Assembly (NCBI RefSeq): GCF_009914755.1 | Contig: NC_060926.1 | Direction: 5' to 3' (one strand) | DNA: 64,000 nucleotides | From: the human T2T-CHM13v2.0 reference genome, Homo sapiens | In this document: positions 52,601 to 64,000 of the stretch, one piece after another | Numbering within the stretch: the stretch's first letter is position 1 | How the letters are laid out: every line of letters starts with the position of its first letter | The notes under the pieces: generated by a model | The model's database searches: none | Told to the model about the DNA's origin: nothing | Seen by the model: the letters and a program-made list of their open reading frames with translations, nothing else | Translations under genes and position numbers: made by a program

Positions 52601-53956
52601 TGGATTACTCTGGTCTTAACTCAGAACACGTAGGACTTTAATCGTTGAACAAATGAACCCTTAATAGTGGCTACACCATTAGAATGTCCTGAATTTTACT
52701 TAGTTTTTAAAATAAAATATCTTCAGACCTGCACATTTCTTACGAAGAAGGTTAGAGAATGGTCTCAGTTATTTAGAGCCAGGTTGGCAGCTTCTCAGAA
52801 GAGATCAGGTTGTAAATCCACTGGCCCTTCCCAGCATGACATGCATGATGAAGTGTAGTGGTGAATGTTGTTGGTCTGCCTTGGACCTCATGGCCCCCTT
52901 ACAGATTCTTTCTTGGGCAGCAGTGTTAGGAAAAAAAAAAAAAGGTTCTGAAAAGGGTGCATTGCTAGGAATGGCTCAAGAGTCTGGGAATGCTCTAACG
53001 AGAGACATTGAAACACAGACTCATGCAGAAGAAGCTGAGCTCCCTCACCCACACTCCTCCTCCCTTCAGTCTGCTTAGGGAGAGGAGGCAGGGCAGTAAT
53101 GGTGTTTGAGGAGGCAAGTGGCTGATAGTCCTGCCTGAAATTTCAACTGGGTAGATACGTTAAGAAAAACAAACAAAACTTGAATTCTAAAGCTTCTGCA
53201 GGCTTTGAATTGCTGAGAGAGGACAAGTTAGACGGTCTTTGGGTTGGCTGGGGAGCTTATTGTATTTTGGGATAGGAAAAAATAGGGCAGAAGCCTAATT
53301 TAGGTGGAGAGTGAAAATGCTAAATTGATCTGTGTGGGGAAAAAATATAAAGAGTACAGGTAACAAGAAAAAGGGAAAAAGATACCATATTAAGCATGAC
53401 AGAAAGAGGGGCGAGAAAGAGTGCGAGTGCACCTGAGCCCCATGGTTGGAAGAGGGACTTGCAAAAGGACACAGCCAGCAAGACATTTCCTGCAGGGATG
53501 GCTGCTCAATGCATTGTAAAGAACAGTGGTATCTGAGTGCGAATTCAAGAAAACACAATTTTGTCCTAGGCTGTAATTCCCCGATTCAGCTCCTCAAATC
53601 TTTAGTAAAATATGCCTCATCCAAAAATTCCATGGTAGTGGGGCTTTGAGGAAATAAAGGAGAGTGACTCTTTCCCAGAGTGGAGACAAGTGGGCAGGCC
53701 AGGGCTGGTGGCGACCACAAAGCTCCTAGTGGTAAGTTAAGGTTCTTACTTAGGGTGGAGAAGAGGATGTGGTGGAGAGGGAGACCCTGCCTCAGGCAGC
53801 AGGGAGACAGAAAGGGACCTCCTGAATCTGCATTATGCTCCCTGGTCAGCCTTTCCAGCCTGGCAAGATGATATCAGTCATCTGAAGATTCCTGGAATCT
53901 CTGAGGATGTTCTCCAAGTCCTCCGGCCCCAGATACGGAAATGTGAGGCAGGTAAC

Positions 53957-53973
53957 TGCCACCAGGTGGCGCC
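53957..53973 (+). promoter_or_regulatory. Probable CTCF binding site in TACR1 intron 2
   Basis: TGCCACCAGGTGGCGCC matches the CTCF core CCASYAGRKGGCRS at every position. It lies in non-repeat sequence with retained CpGs. Confidence 0.7.
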
Positions 53974-56269
53974 AATCTGCAGCCGGCACCTGGACCAACC
54001 AGTATTCATTAGGCATTTCAGTAACCTAGCAAGAAAGCAGCATGCATTTTATGAGGTCGAATTCATTACACACCACACAGTGCCCACCTCCCAACCCCTA
54101 CATTCCTTACCATGTCATGGTGCAGTTTTCCAGTATGTGGGGTGTTTTGTTTTAAACCACTGTAGCATGAGTTTTGCAAATCCCCTTGGAATACTGCAAC
54201 CCTATTGAGGACAAGGCTGCATTTTATATGTGACATTTGCTCTGAGTATCAGTGGGTACTGATACATGTTTTGCTGATATAATCCACCCACTCTCAAACC
54301 CTCTAGATGGGTCTTAATTCTATTGTGTTGTGCTCTGCTTGAGGTTGAGTTAGCTGAGTATCGCATCGCCGCAGTGGAAGGCTTTTTGCTGGGTGGGTAG
54401 GCAGGGACAGATCTGGGATGAGCTTCTCTCGATGCAGCAGCTGGAATGAACACTGGGCTGGGGTTGGGGGTTGTGGGAGACGGATTGGATACATGCAGAA
54501 GTGAAGCTTGTACTTTATCCTTCTGTCACGCACTCCAAATCAGCTTATTTTTGGTGGGACATTGTTTAGAAACTGCTTCAATTGGTGCCAACGGATATGA
54601 GTAAACATTTCTTGATATACGTAAGTTACACCATAAATGTGGGTGTTGGTTGGTATTTTACACTTCCTCTCATCTCTCTCTGGAGTTTGAAAAAGCACTT
54701 AAAATAATCAAAACAGTTTTAGTCCCAATAGCCTGTGACTAATAGCCATCCATGTCTCTAAGTCTGGACTAAGCATCCAGACTCACAGCCCTGATGCTAA
54801 GTGCCCATTCTCTTTGCTGTGCCCTGAAAATATGTACTCTCAACAAGACAAATCTTAATACAGCCACTACTAACAACTGGCCAGGAACCTTTTCTTCTGA
54901 GGAAATTTATTATCAAGTGTAATACAATGTAAATAGCTATCGGCTTAGAAGATGTAGAAATTTCATATTTTCTACCTGCAGTAGTTTCATTGTAAAGGTG
55001 TTTCTGGAGAGTGGATTCCACTTCATCTCATTACCTCTGGGACTTTGGGTAAAAGAGAGATATTGCTAACCTCCTTTCAACAGGAAAAATTAAGGTGTAA
55101 GGAAGGTAATTGCCTTGTTCAAGTCACTCAGGGTTGAAATGGGAATAGAAAACAGATCAGTCCTTGTCTCATTTCAGCCCTGTGCATTTCTTTCTCTTTC
55201 TGCTCAGATGAGCTAAGAAGAAGAATGGATAAATGTCACTCAGAGCGGGGAAACCACAGTTTTTCAAGAATGAACAAATACGTCAAGCACAAAAATTATC
55301 TGCAGCATTTTATAATGGCAGATAATTTATTGAAAAATTGTGTAGCTTAAAAAAGCAGGCCCAGGATTGAAATTCATCTAGACGAGTGACTGGAATGCGG
55401 CCAAGTCTTCGATTCCATTTCATGTTTGGATTCATTCTTGTATTTCCACAGCCTGTTCTTGTCTTGAACCCTGAGCCCAGAGAGACTCTCGGTTAACTGA
55501 AATATGTGGGAAAGACAAACACCCTACTTTCTTTTCTTAGCCAAAAGTTTCCCAGCATAGACAATAGACCATTATGCCATGAGGCACATAGACTGCCAGT
55601 CTACAGTTTCCATTAACAAATTGGGCAATGCAATTTATGTGTCTCACAAGAAATTGTCAAGGATACTACATTAATCAATTTGAAGTCTGTTGTGAATTGT
55701 GTGTGAGAGGACAAACATTTAATGTGGGAGTGATGACAGATTTTTCTACCTCCCCAAGGCATCCAAAGAGAATCTAATAATTTCTGGACTATCTTTTATG
55801 CAACCTCCTCGTCTTACAAAAAAAAGGTCTTTATTGCTGGAAGAAAAGCTAAGCCAATCTATGCAATTGAGACAGAAAGTCTATGCAGATTGGATGAGGG
55901 AGAGGAGGTTTTGAATGGAGAGGGTCCGAGGGGAGCAGTGGGAGATTATGAGAGCAGGAGGTTAGCTAAGACAGGGACTTTTTTTTGATAGGTATTGTGG
56001 TGGACAGTTGTTTGGGGCACTTTTTAATGGAATTTCTATTTTATCACTTTTGCTAATTAAGCCAGGCTTCCTCAACTTCACAGTTCTTAGATGCTGAATC
56101 ATGCAGATTTAGGCTTTATAAAGGCTTCATATATATTGTTAGCAAAGTCACCTGTTCAGGTTTGGGGCCAGCCGTGTGTTGAGGTAGCATCTTCAGTTAT
56201 GGGCGAGGAACATGGGAAGAGGAGGCTGCATAGTTGCTGCTAGGCCCCATGGGTTCAGCTACCCAATTT

Positions 56270-56880
56270 TTCATGAACCTTCTATTTTGTACTAGGTGCT
56301 GAGGATATAATGGTGAATAGAAACGACATGGTCCCTGCTTTTGAGATGCTTGAAGTATAGTGGGGAAGACAGATAATAAACAGATACATCAGCAAATAAA
56401 TATAAAATCATAAATGTTGCTAAGTGAATAGAGGAGCCAAACAAGGGGAGTGGTAGAGAGTACCAGGGGTGTCCACACAAAGGACTCTGTTAAGGTAATG
56501 TTTAACAGAGACCTGAAGTTCAAAGCAGCGACGTGAAGGGTGCAGTGGTGGGTGCCCCATGCAGAGACAAAAGCAGGCACAGAGGCCCTAAGGTCCAAAT
56601 GTGCTGGGCACATTGGAGAAGCTAACAGAATGCCTCTGTGGCTTGAGTGGAGGGGTTGAGGGGTGAGGGCCATGAGATGTGGTGGGGGCCACAGCCTCTA
56701 GGGTCCTTAGGCCATGCTGTCAGGAGCTGGGCCTGCAAAGTGCCAAGTAAAGTCACTGAAGGGGTTAGGCAGGGTGGGATATGATCTGGCTTTGATTTGG
56801 TTAGACATGCAAGCCTGGGCCCCGGTAAGAGGCTGCACTTTCATCTGGGCAAGATATAATGAAGACTGGGACTGGAAGGG
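56270..56880 (-). mobile_element. L2 fragment
   Basis: tactaggtgctgaggatataatggtgaatag...catggtccctgc...aagtcactgaagggg. Confidence 0.65.
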
Positions 56881-57295
56881 TGTATCAGTCAGGGTTCTCT
56901 GCAGAAACAGAGCCAATAGGAGATATCTATGTCTATGTCTCTAAGTAGCTATTTATCTATCTATTGAGATTTATTTATTTTAAGAACTTGGCTTACACAA
57001 CTGTGGGGGTTGGCAAGTTTAACATTTGCAAGGCAGGCTGGTAGGCTGGGAACTCAGGTAAGAGTTGATGTGGTCTTGAGGCAGAATTCCTTTCTTTCTA
57101 GAAAATCTCAGCATTTGCCCTTAAAGCCTTCAACTGATTGCATGAGGGTCCCTCACATCATGGAGGGTAAGCTGCCTTAGTTAAAGCCAACTCTTTGTAA
57201 ATGTTAATCGCGTTTACAGATACCTTCACAGCAACATATGGACTAGGGTTTACCAAGTAGCCTTGCCCAGGTGACACGCAAAATTAACCATCATA
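56881..57295 (-). mobile_element. MLT2 (ERVL) solo LTR
   Basis: tgtatcagtcagggttctctgcagaaacagagccaatagga...aaaattaaccatcata; both flanks carry a(a)ggg. Confidence 0.85.
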
Positions 57296-57359
57296 AGGGC
57301 ACAGCTGGATGGAAAGAGCTGGGAAAACCCAGGGCATGATTTGGAAGCATTCTAGTAAC

Positions 57360-57530
57360 AATAATAATAACTACCACTACTACCACCATAAACATATTAA
57401 TAGCTGACACTGATACAGTGTTTCCTATATGCCAGGCTCTCTTTTAAATTCTTTACATATATAACCTCATTCAGTTCTCCCAACAGCAATCTCTGTGTTA
57501 CAGATAGTAAAACTTAGGTACAAACATTGC
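57360..57530 (-). mobile_element. MIR fragment
   Basis: tatatgccaggctct...ctttacatatataacctcattcagttctcccaaca. Confidence 0.6.
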
Positions 57531-57766
57531 AGAGTGCTTACAGACTTCCCTTAGCATAACTCGGGACACCACTCACAGAGACTATTGGGTAAATAGCACC
57601 CCCTTGAGTTGTGCAATCCACTTGACCCTGAGAGACAGTTTAAGTAACTGGCCCAAGAATTCTCCATTGTAGAGATTAGTGTTGTCCAGGATGGAAAGAA
57701 TTATAAAACTGTATGGGAAGGAATGCCATCAGTATGGCATACATACTTTTTAAAATTATATGTACA

Positions 57767-58130
57767 TGATACTGTTTGGCTGTGTCCCCACCCAAATCTC
57801 ATTTTGAATTGTAGCTCCCATAATTCCCACTTGTCATGGAGGGTACCTGGTGGAAGGTAATTGAATCATGGGGGTGAGTCTTTCCTGTGCTGTTCTCGTG
57901 AAAGTGAATAAGTCTCACGAGATGTGATGGTTTTATAAGAGGGGGTTCCCCTGCACCAGCTCTCTTGTCTGCCACCATGTAAGATGTGACTTTGCCACTC
58001 CTTTGCCTTCCGCCATGATTGTGAGGACTTCCCAGCCATGTGGAACTGTAAGTCCATTAAACATCTTTCATCTATAAATTACGCAGTCTTGGGTATGTCT
58101 TTATTAGCAGTGTGAGAACAGACTAATACA
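57767..58130 (+). mobile_element. THE1 (THE1B/C-like) solo LTR, antisense to TACR1
   Basis: tgatactgtttggctgtgtccccacccaaatctc...gagaacagactaataca; TSD gtaca/gtata. Confidence 0.92.
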
Positions 58131-58209
58131 GTATATACATATATATGTATATGTATATCTATATCTATATATGTATATATTTATTTATTAATATAGTGAG
58201 TTTTAAAAA

Positions 58210-59245
58210 ATGACAATTTTATTTTAGAATAATTTAGATTTACAGAAAAGTTGCAAAGATAAAACAGAGTTTCACAGTGGCTATTCCACAGCCAGTGCCC
58301 CCTTTTACTAACATGTTATTAGTGTAGTACATTTGTCACAATTTATGAACTAATATTGGCATAGTATTAACTGAAAGTCCACACTTTACTGAGATATCCT
58401 TAGTTTTTCTCTAATTGTTTTTCTGCTCCAAGATCTCACATTAAGTTTACTTGCCATGTCTCCTTAAACCCCTTTGGGCTGTGACAGTTTCTCAGACTTT
58501 CCTTGTTTTTGATAACATTGACTGTTTTGAGGAGTATTGGTCAGATATTTTGTGGACAGTCCCTTATCTGGAATTTGTCTGATGTTTTTCTCATGATTAG
58601 AATGGGGTTATGGCTTTTTGGGAGGAAGTGCCATTCTTATCACATCATATCAAGGGTACATGCTATTATTATTATTTATCACTGTTGCTTGATCTCCAGG
58701 CTGAGACAGCATTGTCAGGTTTCTCCACTGTGAAGACACTCTTTTTTCTTTCTTTCCATACTCTAATCTTTGGAAGCAAGACACCATGTGCTGCCCACAT
58801 TCACAGGATGAGGAGTCATGCTCCTCCCTTGAAGACAGATATCTGTATGAAATTTTTGGAATTATCCTGTGTGGGAGGTTTGTCTATTCTATCTCATTTA
58901 TTATTTATTCATTCATTCCTTTATATCAGTATGGACTCATGAAATTTATTATATATTTGGCATTATAATTCAATATTATGTCATTTATTTTGCTCTAATT
59001 GCTTCAACTTTGGACATTAGAAGCCCATTCAATTGACCTACCCCCAACATTGTATGTATGTGTGTGTGTGTATGTGTGTGTGTGTGTGTGTATGTGTGTG
59101 TGTGTGTGTTTTGAGCACTTCTTTTCTGGAAATACAAGGTACTTCAGGCTCATGTAAGTGCACTGCTTCTGTCATAGAATCAGCCATTACTCTAAGGAGC
59201 CCTGGTTCCTTTTATTGGAGAATAAAAACCACCATCTAGATGCTG
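58210..59245 (-). mobile_element. L1MC-like 3' fragment
   Basis: ttttagaataatttagatttacagaaaagttgcaaagat...ttgactgttttgaggagtattggtcag...aggagccctggttccttttattggagaat. Confidence 0.75.
59052..59109. repeat. Compound (TG)n microsatellite
   Basis: ~28 TG/TA units with TA interruptions. Shorter (TG)n tracts also occur at 41598-41622 and 42185-42206. Confidence 0.9.
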
Positions 59246-59329
59246 GGTGGTACAGAGCCTTGTTAACTTTTCTAAATGAAATCATGTTGATTATGCCATT
59301 TCTTCCCACATGTATCCTTCAGAGTGAGT

Positions 59330-59690
59330 AAAATTATCCTATTTTACATAAGAAGAAACTAAGGAAATGGCCTCCAAAGGTCACACAGCAGACCTCGAAC
59401 CAGACCCTAAGCCTCATGGCAACAAGCCTCAAGTTTCTTCTAGCCACGCTTTTATTTTCTGCATTGTTTCTCCTGTGTGTCTCTGGGTAAATTTCATGGG
59501 TTCAAGAATTTTTACTCATTTAATTCTCATAACAACCAGAGAAGACATGTACTGCTATATCCTTAGCTCTACTTTGCAGGTAAGGAAGCTGAGATACAGA
59601 CAGGTAAGCAGGCTATGCATAGCCATGCATCTGGTGAGTGGCAGAGGTCAGACATGGACCCAGACCCTCCAATTCCATGGGCTCCATGTC
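59330..59690 (-). mobile_element. MIR fragments
   Basis: attttacataagaagaaactaagg...aaggtcacacagc; tttactcatttaattctcataacaacc...gaagctgagatacaga. Confidence 0.65.
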
Positions 59691-59704
59691 CTAGTCCTCT
59701 ATGG

Positions 59705-60039
59705 CAGGGGCCGCAAACTATGGCCCCAGTTCAAAGCAAGTCGCCATCTGTTTTTATATGGCTTGCAAATTAAGAATGGTTTTTATATTTTTAAATGACC
59801 AGGGAAAAAAAAACAAAGAAGAATATTGTTTTATGGCATGTAAAAATTACAAAATTCAAGTGTCAATATCTGTAAATAAAATGTCCTTGGAACACAGTCA
59901 TGCCCGTTCACACTAAGTATTGTCTGTGGCTGTTTTCGTGCTCTGGTGGCTGAGTGGAGTAGCTGTGGAAGAGACTGTAGGACCTGCCAAGCATCAAATA
60001 TCTACTACTTGGCCTCTTAGAAAAATGTGTTGATCCCTG
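59705..60039. mobile_element. MER58B-like hAT-Charlie MITE
   Basis: TIRs caggggccgcaaac / gtgttgatccctg; degenerate 8-bp TSD ctctatgg / ctgtaagg. Confidence 0.8.
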
Positions 60040-61342
60040 CTGTAAGGGAAAAATCTAAAGTCATCCTCTTAAAACTGTAAAGGGAAGGGGCTGAATTACA
60101 ATCATTATAGAGGAAAGCAGCCTAGGCTGGGCCCAACTCTTGCCAATGCTGTGCCTTCACTGGCCTTATTTAGGCTATTGGGATGCCCTCCCTTCTCTGG
60201 CACCAATCCAAATCTTATCCTTCTTCAAGGTCCATCTTGTGCTGCTGGGAGATTCTCTGAACCAGTATGGTCTTCCTAATCCCTTCCCGCTCTCATATCC
60301 CAGAGTATTCAACATCGACTTACATTTTCATTAACTGATGCCTTGTGCAGTTCTTCATTTCGTGCACATTAGCTTTACTTCCAAGTGCTCTGCAGGCTCC
60401 TATAAACCAGAGACCTCACATATCTTTCTTCTCCACTCCCTATGTTATCAACCACAGATTAAGTTTTCTAAAACCCTGCTCTGATCATTGATACAAATGA
60501 CCTTCCTGTCCAGGCTTCCAATTGCCTATGAAATTAAGCACAAACTCCTTAGCACGACAGTTAAAACTCTCCATAATGTAATTCCCAACCTTAATTCTTA
60601 CTACTTAGTGCCCAGATTAATGCTTGGCATAGAGTGCCTGCTCCATCAATGCTCCCTCCTGCTCTCCCTCTCTTTGCTATCTCTCATGCCCTTGCCAAAC
60701 TGGAAGAGAGAACTGAGAACAAACCACTGGGTTTGACAATTATCAGGTCACTCATGAGCAATTTCAGTGTCGGGATGGAGACAAAAGCCAGATAGCAGGA
60801 ACTGAAGGAGTACGTACGTCATGAAAAAAATAACTGCAGCAAGCGTAGCATAGATGTTTGTTTGTGCTAAGGAGGGACTGGAGGAGTGGCAGCCAGGAGG
60901 CCAGTGTTTAGTCTAGGGGGAGCACAGAGTGGATTTGTGGGTGAAAGACAAGGAGTCAATGGCACCGTGAAGTAGGAGTTAGTTAGGGTCAGCTCAGGAG
61001 GAGCAGGAACAGGGATCCAGGGCACAGAGGGAGAGAAGGGAAGGAAAGAAAGAAAGGATCCAGTTTCTGTCTTCTCAGTGAGTCTGATGTGAGTCGTCTG
61101 CCAGGTCAAGGATGCAGGACGGGATTAGCGATCTGAGACCAGCCACAAGAAGGCAGCTGATGGCATCAGTAAGAGAAGTGCTGAAAGATCGCCAAGTATC
61201 ATAATCAATATGGCCACAACTAGCCTGGTTTCCCGTCTTTTGCTGGCATTCCTTGGAGACCCAGATGTGAGAGGGAAGAAAATATAAGGAAAATATAGGG
61301 CAGAAAAGTTGAGGTTGGGGATCGTCCATGAGAGCATGAAAA

Positions 61343-61384
61343 GCCCAACTCTAACCCTAACCCTAACCCTAAGCCTAACCCAAA
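61343..61384. repeat. Short telomeric-type (CCCTAA)n array
   Basis: gcccaa ctctaa ccctaa ccctaa ccctaa gcctaa cccaaa: 3 perfect and 4 degenerate hexamers in register. Confidence 0.8.
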
Positions 61385-63699
61385 CTGGGCATTGGCATTG
61401 GCCAGATTAGTAGGGTCGCAGATCACAATCAGATATGGCACCTGGAGGGTTCTTTGGTTGATTCCAGGGCTTCCTGGCATCAGACTCTGATAGCCTGAAG
61501 GGCATGTGCACTCCACTCCACAGTGAGGATCTGAGTGTCAGGAGGATGGATATGCTTGCCCTGAGGGCACCCAGCTCTGCTGCCTTGCACAGCGCCTGGC
61601 ACACATCTGGTGTCCTGGAGGTGACTTAGGAGGATGAGACCAACTTCAGGACTTTTTTCCTCAAATCTTCAAGGTCTATGGTTCCAAGTTTTCTGCGTTT
61701 TATGGAAAATGTTTAAACAAAATTTGAGGATTGATGTAGATTTTTTTCAGTCTCTTATTCTGCCAGATAAAAACATTAAAAAACTAAGCTGAGCTAAACT
61801 AAACTAAACTAGACTAAACAACTATTGTCATCATCACCACATTCATTAAATACTATCTCAACACCAGAAAACAAATAATCTCAGCAAAAAAGTCAGATTT
61901 TTAAATATAGAAACCTCTCTATATAAGAGGAAAACCTCACTACTCACAGGAATAGGGACCCGGTGTTTGGAAACCCCTGAGAATCTATAGTCACCTTCCA
62001 GAAGAGCTACAGCACAGCTGACTTCATTTCCACCTACTCACAATCACCCTGATTGGAGCTTTAGGTGTTCCTAAACCCAGCAGTCTAATTTTTACAGAGA
62101 AGCTCCATTTTAAAGACAGCTCCCACATCTTTTGTGTGTGGACACTCTCAGTGGAATTCTCACACAGTCACTTTATTTCTAAGAGGAGAAGAATGGAGTA
62201 GTAGGTGGTGACTACCTGGTGACCAGGGCTTAGAGCCAACTTCTTTGGACTGACATCCCCCTTCAAGGGAGTAAGTGTGTGTGGCAAGGGGACCATACAT
62301 GAGGTTGGAATTGGCTGGTAAGGTAAGGAAAGGCAGCAACTGGTTTGAGCCCTGTAACTAAGTGGCACCAAGGCCAAAGAGGGAAAGAAAACAAGAGGGA
62401 ATAAAGGAAGAGAAGGTGAAGGTCAGGATTTCCTTGGCTGGTGTCAGGTGTCGGGTGGGCACCCACTGAGGCTGGTCTGGCAGGAGGGGGCAGTGGGTCT
62501 GGGGGGAGGTGGGAGCTGACAGGAGGCTCCTCTGTCTGGAGACCAGGCACAGAGAAGAAAATCCTCCTGCCATTTGCCGGGAAACTCACTCACTCTTCTG
62601 GCCTGTGATGAGGCCCTGGGCAGATTCTCCTTCCTATAGCCTCACATAGGAATGCCACTTCTCACCAGAAGGGCTGTTTCTGCTGGATAGGGTGAGGCAT
62701 TACTTTTAGACATTTACAGAATATGTTCTCCTCAGCACAGCTGTGAGGCCCTTTCCTACTCAAGGGCTGTGAACCTGAAGGCAACTCCTCAACCCCTGAA
62801 ATAGAACTGTGGTGGTACCTACCCCTCTCATTCTGTGCATTGCCCAAATCAAAAATGTATCTTGATATTATATAGTATGGTTATGCCTGAGATAAAGCAT
62901 ACATACCAGAATTTATGTTTCTACTTATTTTTAAAAAATACTTGTTATGTAATACTATTTACGAAATGGAAATGAAAAATCAAAATATTTTCACAAGCGG
63001 GGCAAGCTGTAACCTGTGCTCCTGGATGCCAGCTCTACTCACCAGGAGCATCAAGCTCATTAGCAGGGTGAGAAACTGAGGCAAGTGGCAAGTGTTGGCT
63101 GTGTAGTTGTGACTTGTTGCAAAGGAGAGAAATTGACAACAGGGATTCCTGTCACTTTAATTCCCTGAAACTTCAGCCTCTAGCAAGAGCTCTGTTAAAC
63201 CTGCTTTTAGACATAGGCATCTATCTGGAGCCCCTGGGTCTTGTAGGGAATGCAGAGCTCAGATTTCATGTCCGTATAACATGGCCCTACAGCATGTGGC
63301 TCATTCTCCCAGGAAGATTGGCCCTAGAGCTTGTTGTGTCAGCTTTGAAATGTCTTGTTAAGATGTCACATTTCCCCAGACTGGGGAAATAGAAACTTTA
63401 AGAAGAGCAGCTAGTGAGGAATACACTATAATAAAAAGTAATATGACCCAGATTTTTCTTTTAAAGTGAGAAAACTCTTTCACTCACCTTAGCCATTAAG
63501 GAATGGCCCCTGAAGGCAGGGATTTTTTTTTTCTTCCAGGCAAGAAGGTGGCTTCAGATCATAGTCTATAGGCTGCCTTCTGCCATGGAGAAGGCAGTTG
63601 TGTTTGGGTTGTGTGTGTGCATGAGGATTAGGCTCTGTGCATGGAATAAAGCATTTTAGTACTAACAGGGTCAGGGAACATCTATGTGTGTAGCGTGGG

Positions 63700-63812
63700 T
63701 TGGTAACCAGCTGGTCTTGATTTACCTGGGGTTTTCCCAGTTTCAAAACTAAAAGCCCCACATCTAGGGAAACCCCTCAGTTCCAGGAAAACCAGGATGG
63801 TTGGTCACTTTA
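63700..63812. mobile_element. MER81-like hAT-Blackjack MITE
   Basis: ggtaaccagc...gggaaacccctcagttccaggaaaaccaggatggttggtcacttta; ~110 bp with inverted ends. Confidence 0.65.
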
Positions 63813-64000
63813 GATGTGGAAGCACTGAGAACCTGCTGTCATTTTCCCTCACTGGCATGTGACAGGGCTTATCATCCACTATTTAAGATCTATTCTTTTG
63901 AGTCCAGGAATTGTCCCATGTTAAAATGCAGGCAGCTTTAAGAAGAGTGACCCATTAAACCATTAAAGCTGAGAAGCGGCATTCTACACAGCTGATTATT

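Noticed and set aside
51729-58130. Two THE1 LTRs ~5.7 kb apart as a possible provirus
   Set aside because: They are in opposite orientations, each has its own TSD, and there is no internal THE1 sequence between them, so they are independent solo LTRs.
61782-61820. (AAACT)n-like pentamer run
   Set aside because: An ordinary short degenerate microsatellite.

Overview
This is primate DNA, almost certainly human. It contains the 3' part of TACR1 (tachykinin receptor 1 / NK1R, the substance P receptor) on the minus strand: coding exons 3 (42444-42594), 4 (40090-40286) and 5 (CDS 38271-38562), all with canonical GT/AG junctions, plus a ~3 kb 3'UTR ending near an AATAAA at 35317-35322. Intron 2 runs off the right edge. 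Read-through of the exon 4 donor gives the known C-terminally truncated 311-aa isoform. The left ~35 kb is repeat-rich downstream intergenic DNA (Alu, L1, L2, MIR, MaLR/ERVL LTRs, hAT MITEs). I found no new protein-coding gene and no new biological system; the other listed ORFs are repeat-derived, antisense or chance. The most interesting details are an intact solo LTR7/HERV-H antisense in intron 2, a ~62-bp locally templated insertion with a 43-bp perfect core, a near-consensus CTCF site, a triple nested insertion in an old ERVL LTR, a short telomeric-type repeat, isoform-specific miRNA seed sites, and a sharp Alu-density asymmetry. Repeat subfamily names come from recognition by eye, and their boundaries are approximate unless target-site duplications (TSDs) are quoted.
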